A DNA stretch of 32,000 nucleotides, from the NCBI GenBank assembly GCA_021650915.1, contig CP091279.1, positions 2,910,001 to 2,942,000 of the forward strand, given 5' to 3'. A program made the position numbers and the translations under genes. The notes beneath the pieces were generated by a model. That model saw only the letters and a list, made by a program, of their open reading frames with translations, was not told where the DNA came from and did not search any database. The DNA comes from Candidatus Brocadia sp. GTDB lineage: Bacteria > Planctomycetota > Brocadiia > Brocadiales > Brocadiaceae. This document shows, in pieces, positions 26,354 through 32,000 of the stretch; position 1 is the stretch's first letter, and each line of letters begins with the position of its first letter.

Positions 26354-26743
26354 CTATTCAGGCTCAGGCTTGGGTGGTATCATGCTCATCCAGATATTAA
26401 ACACAAACAAGCCGACAGACACCACGAGCAAACCGGCAAAAATTTCTGCAAGTGGATGGATTGGCCGGAAACACACCAATCCTACCAGGCCAATATTTGC
26501 AAGGTAGAACTGAAGGGCGCCTATTTTGGGATAGGCAAGCGGTGTCCCTGAGAATCTCGGCAAGATGTGATACCCAACGCCAAAGATCATCATCGACATC
26601 CATCCAAGAAGATTGAGATGGACGTGGCTGAAGAGTAATTGCGCCGGGTAGCTTCTCATGGAAATCATGATGATACCAAGGATAGCTGCTATGAAAAAGT
26701 AAATCAGGCTTGCACGCACAAAATTTTTCGAAAGAGGACTCAT
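26354..26743 (-). CDS. small 4-TM membrane protein with an HxH...GW..M..G.GYH.LPRF motif; function unknown
   Basis: Four hydrophobic spans. GGAG SD upstream. Same strand as and upstream of the BCR/HAD genes. No family assigned with confidence. Confidence 0.5.
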   Translation of the reverse strand: MSPLSKNFVRASLIYFFIAAILGIIMISMRSYPAQLLFSHVHLNLLGWMSMMIFGVGYHILPRFSGTPLAYPKIGALQFYLANIGLVGLVCFRPIHPLAEIFAGLLVVSVGLFVFNIWMSMIPPKPEPE

Positions 26744-27003
26744 AGAATGAAAAACTCCTTAGTGATTATAATCGTAAATTACCAAAAAACCCTTTTGTAG
26801 TACCTTAAAAGGGTTAAGGTTAAGATATAGGAAAAATACAAATTGTCAAATAAAAAATTATCGTGGCAAAGGGTGCGTTATCATCTCCATCCGGTTTCAC
26901 CGTATGCGTTTCTGGGCCATATCAGAGCGAAGTTTATGTCAAACCCAGACCTACTGGTGCGCCCTTGCCTATCAGAGCGCATGACAACTTTCAGGGATTT
27001 GTG

Positions 27004-27032
27004 TTGACTTGAAAGTTGATTATTTTGATAAT
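27004..27032 (+). promoter_or_regulatory. candidate sigma70-type promoter for the cNMP-binding protein gene
   Basis: TTGACT (27004-27009), a 17-nt spacer, then GATAAT (27027-27032). Lies about 140 nt upstream of the ATG at 27171. Confidence 0.3.
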
Positions 27033-27170
27033 ATGCGCTTCGCGTCAATATCAAAAAAAATCATTACCTCATAGAACGATACTTGAAACGAAAAAGACAA
27101 CAAAACCCACTGAAGCGAGTAAATATCCTGGCAATGCGGTAAATTCAGAATTTATGCAAAAGGAGATATT

Positions 27171-27758
27171 ATGGACCAGTTCATTAGCAGGACAGAGAAG
27201 ATAAAGGATGGCAGTGTTATTTTGGAAGAGGGTAGTTGGGCATATTACGCCTACGTCTTACAATCCGGCAAGGCCAAGGTATGGAGAAACATCAATAACA
27301 AGCAGGTGCTTGTTGGCACCTTAAAAGAAGGTGATATTTTTGGGGAGATGAGTTTTTTCGGTATGGCAAAGAGAACCGCTTCGGTGACAGCAGATGGCGA
27401 TGTGGTGGTAGGAATGATCACCAAAGACACCTTTATGGAAGCTCTGAGTAAACTCTCTCCTGAAGCTCGCGTCAAACTCGACAAAATGACCCAGGACTTC
27501 TTTTACCTGAGTGATGTCTATAGCCGTTTGACGAACTGTTTACATGAGATATTGACGATTAAAGGACGGATGATTGATCCCAAGCTCTTTGAAAAAGAGG
27601 TTGAAAAAATGCCGGATATCCTGCGGAAGGTCGTGGGCCTGATGATTGAGCGCTTTATTTCTGCCATGGATGGAAGCATCGTACTCGTGTCGCAACTGGA
27701 AGAGGCCGCACGGTCGATCGATTCTTTATCAACAAAACTAATTCAAAAATGCAAATGA
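27171..27758 (+). CDS. cyclic-nucleotide-binding (CNB) domain protein with a ~70-aa helical C-terminal extension and no recognisable output domain
   Basis: CNB beta-barrel with the phosphate-binding cassette GDIFGEMSFFGMAKRTASV. AAGGAGA SD upstream. Confidence 0.8.
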   Translation: MDQFISRTEKIKDGSVILEEGSWAYYAYVLQSGKAKVWRNINNKQVLVGTLKEGDIFGEMSFFGMAKRTASVTADGDVVVGMITKDTFMEALSKLSPEARVKLDKMTQDFFYLSDVYSRLTNCLHEILTIKGRMIDPKLFEKEVEKMPDILRKVVGLMIERFISAMDGSIVLVSQLEEAARSIDSLSTKLIQKCK

Positions 27759-27806
27759 GCTTTCAGAAAATAACCGCAAGGTAAGATATCCTGAAGAAGA
27801 AAGCAC

Positions 27807-27862
27807 GGCAGGCTGTCTGAGAATTCCCATAAAGCACGCATTCCTGGACAGCCTGTTTTTTT
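27807..27862 (+). terminator. intrinsic terminator after the CNB gene
   Basis: Stem caggctgtc (27809-27817) pairs with gacagcctg (27847-27855), followed by T7 (27856-27862). The loop is long (29 nt). Confidence 0.5.
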
Positions 27863-27923
27863 CTTTTCCATAAATTGAGCATAGGTATACCCCCCAGCAA
27901 CAGGAGCAGAAAGGGAAGGCAAT

Positions 27924-28769
27924 ATGGTTACCTTTTCCACGGAAAAGGCGAAGCGGATTGTTATGTTCTGTGATCTTCGGAATTCAACCGATATCCTGAT
28001 GGATTTTGAACAAGGTGTCTACTCTGGCATTGAAAGCTCAGGGGAAAAAGCCTTTACCTATGCGGATTTTATTATGGATGTCCACGAAACATCCTATAAA
28101 GAACTCTATTTAGGGCATGAAAAAACCTATGCAGAAATTTACGGGGACGGTGTGATGGGAATCTTCCCTGAAGATAATGCAAAGTATATTTTGGAAAACA
28201 TTTACCGGCTGTCAAAACGCATGCGCGTCTATAACGACCCCCAGGGTGTGGGCGTCTTGAAACCCAGAATCGATATTGGCTTTGGTATCACGGCGGGGGA
28301 CGTTTCGTTTATCTATTATCCACTGGACAAACGCAACCATCCTGTCGGCCGATGTGTTCATGAGGCGGCCAGGATTGAGGGATTATCCAAATTGTATGAC
28401 GCCAGGGTCCTGATTTCAGACCGGTTTTTTAAATTTGCCGAAGGCTACATATCCACCGACGAAAGATTTTCATACCGCTTCATTGACCGGATTATATTAA
28501 AGGGTTTCAGGGAACCCATCACCCTCTTTGAATTCCTTATGGACAATGACCCCAGATTTGAGACGAAAAAAAACTCCCAGAAAGAATATTCTGAGGCATA
28601 TTCGAGGTATTGCAGAAAGGAATGGGCAACGGCAGCGGAACTCTTTCAGACAATTTATCAGGAATATGAATTAGGGATAGGATCAGTCATGGCGAAGAGA
28701 TGTGAAATCCTTTCGAAGAGCCCGCCGAGTCCGGATTGGAATGGCATATGGAAAATGAAGGATAAATAG
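27924..28769 (+). CDS. stand-alone class III nucleotidyl cyclase domain protein
   Basis: Metal-binding Asp residues in MFCDLRNST (D17) and YGDGVMGIF (D75). IGFGITAGDV. VGRCVHEAARIEG aligns with the GxxVNxAARxE motif. The C-terminal ILKGFREPITLFEF is present. Confidence 0.8.
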   Translation: MVTFSTEKAKRIVMFCDLRNSTDILMDFEQGVYSGIESSGEKAFTYADFIMDVHETSYKELYLGHEKTYAEIYGDGVMGIFPEDNAKYILENIYRLSKRMRVYNDPQGVGVLKPRIDIGFGITAGDVSFIYYPLDKRNHPVGRCVHEAARIEGLSKLYDARVLISDRFFKFAEGYISTDERFSYRFIDRIILKGFREPITLFEFLMDNDPRFETKKNSQKEYSEAYSRYCRKEWATAAELFQTIYQEYELGIGSVMAKRCEILSKSPPSPDWNGIWKMKDK

Positions 28770-28844
28770 CCTCTCTGATCGTGATGTTGCGATGTAAATG
28801 TTCCCTGTAATTGTGTGCCAAAAGAAGGCAGAATACTTGATAAT

Positions 28845-29498
28845 ATGGTAGAGAAAAAAACAGAGATTGAGGCGAAGTTTGTTTGTCCCGATGGACTTGG
28901 TTTGGATGCAATCCTCGCAGTCGTTTATAGTCTGGGTTTCGCCGGTGCCGGCGAGCCGCCATGCTTTCAAACGGACGTCTATTTAGATACTCCGAACTAT
29001 ACCCTGCTGAATTCTGATGCGGCCATACGCATCCGCCAAAGAGGCGAAAACTATGTAGGTACTTATAAGGTGTCTGAAAAGCAAAAGGACGCCACCTTTG
29101 AGCGCACGGAATTTGAATGGACCCTCTCGCGTGATGAGATAAAACTCTGGAACGAAGAGAAAAAGCCAGCAATTCCGCCAACTATTACTGATGCGCTGAA
29201 TTTCCAGGGACAAACCCTGAGAAAAGTCCTGGCAGCGGAGACACACCGTTCTGCAACAATAATCAGGGGCAATGACGGATTTACGGTTGAATTGTCCCTC
29301 GACGAGGTAACCTTCCGCGGCCACAAGGGTCAAAAACACTATCGGGAGATTGAACTCGAGCTTTTACAAGGGCGATTTGAACAGTTTACGGCGGTTATTC
29401 AAAGTCTGCAAAACCGCCTAAAACTACAATCTGCCGTTGATTCAAAATACAAACAAGGGATGATATTGGTGGGAAAGTACGGCGTGAAAACTCCGTGA
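28845..29498 (+). CDS. CYTH-domain (triphosphate tunnel metalloenzyme / CyaB-like) protein; GTG at 28815 is an alternative start
   Basis: N-terminal ExExK (TEIEAKF). IRIRQRG, ERTEFEW and the C-terminal YREIELEL strands of the tunnel fold. Confidence 0.75.
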   Translation: MVEKKTEIEAKFVCPDGLGLDAILAVVYSLGFAGAGEPPCFQTDVYLDTPNYTLLNSDAAIRIRQRGENYVGTYKVSEKQKDATFERTEFEWTLSRDEIKLWNEEKKPAIPPTITDALNFQGQTLRKVLAAETHRSATIIRGNDGFTVELSLDEVTFRGHKGQKHYREIELELLQGRFEQFTAVIQSLQNRLKLQSAVDSKYKQGMILVGKYGVKTP

Positions 29499-29572
29499 GT
29501 TTTTTGAAATTCACAGTTCCAGTTTCCTGCCACCAATCAGTCGCAACTTCCGGCAAACTCGTATAAAATCAA

Positions 29573-29646
29573 CGCCCCCAGCAGGATTCAAACCTGCAAC
29601 CTTTGGCTCCGGAGGCCAACGCTCTATTCAATTGAGCTATAGGGGC
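29573..29646 (-). tRNA. tRNA-Arg (anticodon CCG), 74 nt, no encoded CCA
   Basis: Hand-folded cloverleaf: acceptor gccccta/tgggggc, D arm gctc-aattgaata-gagc, anticodon arm ttggc-ctCCGga-gccaa, variable aggtt, T arm gcagg-tttgaat-cctgc, discriminator g. Confidence 0.9.
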
Positions 29647-29691
29647 TTGGCGTTGATTTCGTTAAATTTTACGGCAAAGAACGCGTGAGAA

Positions 29692-30684
29692 TCAAGCTTT
29701 TTCGTAAATGAGAAATTTTTTAGCCAACATGCAGGGATGATACGACATCTTTGCCCTTCTCAGCCCCTCGATGCCCCAATCCTCACCGGCGTTGACGTAA
29801 GCTACTTTGGAAAAGTCACTGGAGCAAAATTGCTGGTAGATAAATTGTGGCATGCCACAAAAGGTGTTGTTGGTCTTTTCTATCAGCACTGATGCCGTAT
29901 GCGATGCAATTGGTTCACCCAGCGTAATCCCCTCAATGCAACCATCAATGGTAATGATCGCCCCCTGTAATCCCAATTCTTCAGAAAAGATGATTGCGCA
30001 TTTAGCTGCCTCGGCTTCGTGAACCAGGCTGTACTGATAATGGGCCTCATTATGGTTTGAAAGATTTGACTCGTGGATCTTCTCCCTTTTCCATTGGTCA
30101 ATCATCAGGAGTGCGTCTGCAATATGCCGGGGGGAGAATTTCTCAAAAGAAGCGGTGTAGTGTTTTTTAAAATAGTTGATCTCGTTTCTCTTCTTCTCGT
30201 ATTTTCTGCCGGCAAGTTTTATGAGATCAGAGGTGTTGTAGATGTAATCGGGATAGCCTTCAACAATGCGGAAGGAACTTTTGTCGAAAAGATTCAGGAA
30301 GTCTTCGTAAACGTAATTGATGTAAGATTCAAAACCGCGGGTGTCATTCATTTCACGCATCAGGGAAAAACATTCATACAGGGTATTTTGGATATTGTTT
30401 TTCCCTAACGGGGGGAGCATCATGCACATGCCTTTCGGCGTAACTCCAAAAAGGCAAAAGTTATTGTGGATTAATTTCCATAGTAACTCTATGGAGCCTT
30501 TCCATATAAAATTGTTTGCAAAAGAATAATCACATAAATTTACCTCTTCTTTCTTTACATAATTGTCAAAAAGCCTTTTATCTTCAATTTTTAAACGTTT
30601 TAAACCATACAGCTTGCATTTTTCTTCGATACTGATACTACGTTCTGTTACTTGCGAGAGACTCGTTTCAATGAGTTGTAAAAT
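29692..30684 (-). CDS. DUF2156-domain protein (related to the C-terminal domain of phosphatidylglycerol lysyltransferase); proposed ATT start at 30684
   Basis: The listed ORF (29692-30429) lacks the family N-terminus. The same frame stays open 85 codons further upstream and encodes it (...LKIEDKRLFDNYVKKEEVNLCDYSFANNFIWK...). AGGAG lies 7 nt before the ATT at 30684-30682. No ATG/GTG/TTG is available in that stretch. Confidence 0.65.
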   Translation of the reverse strand: MLQLIETSLSQVTERSISIEEKCKLYGLKRLKIEDKRLFDNYVKKEEVNLCDYSFANNFIWKGSIELLWKLIHNNFCLFGVTPKGMCMMLPPLGKNNIQNTLYECFSLMREMNDTRGFESYINYVYEDFLNLFDKSSFRIVEGYPDYIYNTSDLIKLAGRKYEKKRNEINYFKKHYTASFEKFSPRHIADALLMIDQWKREKIHESNLSNHNEAHYQYSLVHEAEAAKCAIIFSEELGLQGAIITIDGCIEGITLGEPIASHTASVLIEKTNNTFCGMPQFIYQQFCSSDFSKVAYVNAGEDWGIEGLRRAKMSYHPCMLAKKFLIYEKA

Positions 30685-30994
30685 GGTTTCTCTCCTAATG
30701 TGGTATTACACCGGACCCACCCACACGACGGAGGCTCGAGGTCAAGTGCAAACCATTGTATAATTCTGGCAGACATCCCCTGCAGATGCCTGAACCAGGC
30801 GTTATTGTTTTGTGTAACGTGAATCTTCCTTTTTGAAGATCTGATTTTTCTTGGAAAATTTTTCATAAAAATCACCCGTAATGCCTGAGAATATTTACCG
30901 CTGAATTATACAATACCCGGAGAGATTTGCAAGAGAGAATTACCGCTGATTGAGAAATTTTTTGGTAGTGGCAAAAACCTCGGCCTGTTCTGCA

Positions 30995-31103
30995 CTAGTG
31001 TGTAGACATATTAATTACAAATTATATATTGTGGACAATTTTAGCTATATCGCGCTGCAAAACAGCATTTATATGTTTCGTTATTAATATGTCTCTACAC
31101 TAG
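30995..31103. repeat. 21-bp inverted repeat pair with a 67-bp spacer, just downstream of glgC
   Basis: 30995-31015 ctagtgtgtagacatattaat matches the reverse complement of 31083-31103 (ctagtgtagagacatattaat) at 19/21. Confidence 0.5.
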
Positions 31104-31122
31104 CTATAAGAAAATACGGCAA

Positions 31123-32000
31123 TTATATTGTGGTGTATGACGGCACAATACTGCCTTTGGGTATGATGACAATAGAATCACGAATCATGTAATTTTCTGC
31201 GTCGAGATATTCTATCTTCTGTTTGTTTTCTATCGTTACCTGTTCTCCGATATGTACATTCTTGTCGATAATGGCGCCCACGATACGGCACTGGTTGCCG
31301 ATGCCCGTGTCAGGTATTTTTTTAAACCGGTTCGTCCGAATATTCGCTTCTGTCTCGTAATAATCTGCGCCCATGATGATTGAGTTTTGGATCAGGGTGT
31401 TTTTTCCAAGAATACTCCGGATTCCGATCACAGAATTGGATATTTCAGCCTGATCAACCCTGCAACCATCGGAAATAATGGATTGTGTAATCTTGCAGCC
31501 GTTGATGATCGATCCGGGCAAAAAAAGAGGATTCGTATAGATCGGCACCTTTTCGCTGTACAAGTTAAAACTTGGCGTGAGAGATGCCAGGTTCAGATTT
31601 GCCTCATAAAATGATTTAATAGTGCCGATATCCTCCCAGTAACCGTCAAAGAAATACGCAAATACCCGCCGTGTTTTTATGATTTCCGGGATAATGTCTT
31701 TGCCAAAATCTGATTTACTGGTTTCCTTCAGGATTTCGGTCAATACCTCAAGGTTAAACACATAAATGCCCATCGAAGCGAGCAGACTGCGACCTCTGGC
31801 GCTAACACCCCGTCGTTCGAAAACACCTGCACCGAGCGAGAGAGAATCGATTATCGTCTCGTCTTTTGGCTTTTCAAAAAAGCCGGTAATACGGCCTTGT
31901 TCATCGATCTTTAAGATCCCTAAATTGGGCGACTCCTTTCTTTCCACGGGAATCGTTGAGATGGTTACCTCAGCTCCGTTTTGGATGTGTTCCTTAATGA
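31123..32000 (-). CDS. glgC: glucose-1-phosphate adenylyltransferase GlgC, C-terminal ~290 codons (5' end outside the window)
   Basis: ...FFEKPK..., GIYVF, FGKDIIP, YWEDIGTI.SFYEANL and the C-terminal left-handed beta-helix. The frame is open to the window edge (..IKEHIQNGAEVTISTIPVERKE..). Confidence 0.9.
   Translation of the reverse strand, partial: IKEHIQNGAEVTISTIPVERKESPNLGILKIDEQGRITGFFEKPKDETIIDSLSLGAGVFERRGVSARGRSLLASMGIYVFNLEVLTEILKETSKSDFGKDIIPEIIKTRRVFAYFFDGYWEDIGTIKSFYEANLNLASLTPSFNLYSEKVPIYTNPLFLPGSIINGCKITQSIISDGCRVDQAEISNSVIGIRSILGKNTLIQNSIIMGADYYETEANIRTNRFKKIPDTGIGNQCRIVGAIIDKNVHIGEQVTIENKQKIEYLDAENYMIRDSIVIIPKGSIVPSYTTI

Noticed and set aside
27018-27058. TTGAT-containing sequences (ttgattattttgata; ttgata-N18-tatcaa) upstream of the CNB gene, considered as CRP/FNR-type boxes.
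   Set aside because: None fits the TTGAT-N4-ATCAA palindrome. The spacing is wrong and the half-sites are direct rather than inverted.
30758-30911. Sequence resembling an IS66-type end (rc gtataattcagcggtaaatat vs IS end gtaactattcagcgtaatat), adjacent to a 13-nt match to the IS interior (ccgtaatgcctga), and a 9-nt inverted match gtataattc at 30758-30766 / 30903-30911.
   Set aside because: 13-mer matches are expected by chance at this window size. The relative orientation of the two matches differs from the intact IS. No target duplication is present. At most this is an old solo-end remnant.

Overview
32-kb chromosomal segment that looks like an anammox-type planctomycete (Brocadiales-like). 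This is an inference from three things: an octahaem HAO-like cytochrome c, a Tat-Rieske protein followed by a cytochrome b6-like/dihaem-c fusion, and the small hairpin repeats in the intergenic regions. No database search was possible. Layout: (1) 1-6.5 kb (+): lipid A genes lpxC-lpxA translationally coupled to a Gfo/Idh/MocA dehydrogenase and a radical SAM enzyme, then DUF1858, cupin and DUF2249 genes and a lipoprotein-type octahaem HAO-like cytochrome. (2) 6.7-11.3 kb (-): uvrD/pcrA, a signal-anchored SAM methyltransferase and purD. (3) about 11.4-18.7 kb: a compositionally patchy accessory island. It holds an orphan DUF104-type antitoxin, an intact single-ORF IS66-family element with an 8-bp target duplication, and a start-less ORF crossing a (CTG)7(TTG)12 microsatellite. 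It also holds a truncated ISL3 transposase, hicA (frameshifted)/hicB, nested palindromic repeats, a 132-bp MITE with IS66-like ends, and a visibly GC-richer DUF2278(YukJ)-lamin-tail-domain gene. (4) 18.7-21 kb (-): the Rieske/cytochrome b-c operon. (5) yceI-like gene and truA. (6) 22.8-26.7 kb (-): a two-gene ATP-dependent BCR/HAD-type radical enzyme (activase fused to one subunit) preceded by a small 4-TM protein. (7) 27.2-29.5 kb (+): cNMP-binding protein, class III nucleotidyl cyclase and CYTH protein. (8) tRNA-Arg(CCG), a DUF2156 gene that seems to need an ATT start, and the 3' part of glgC. No rRNA and no CRISPR array were seen. The best candidates for something undescribed are the cNMP/cyclase/CYTH trio, the fused activase-dehydratase pair, the DUF1858-cupin-DUF2249-HAO cluster, the radical SAM gene inside the lpx operon, and the DUF2278-LTD cargo gene. 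All functional calls rest on by-eye motif recognition.
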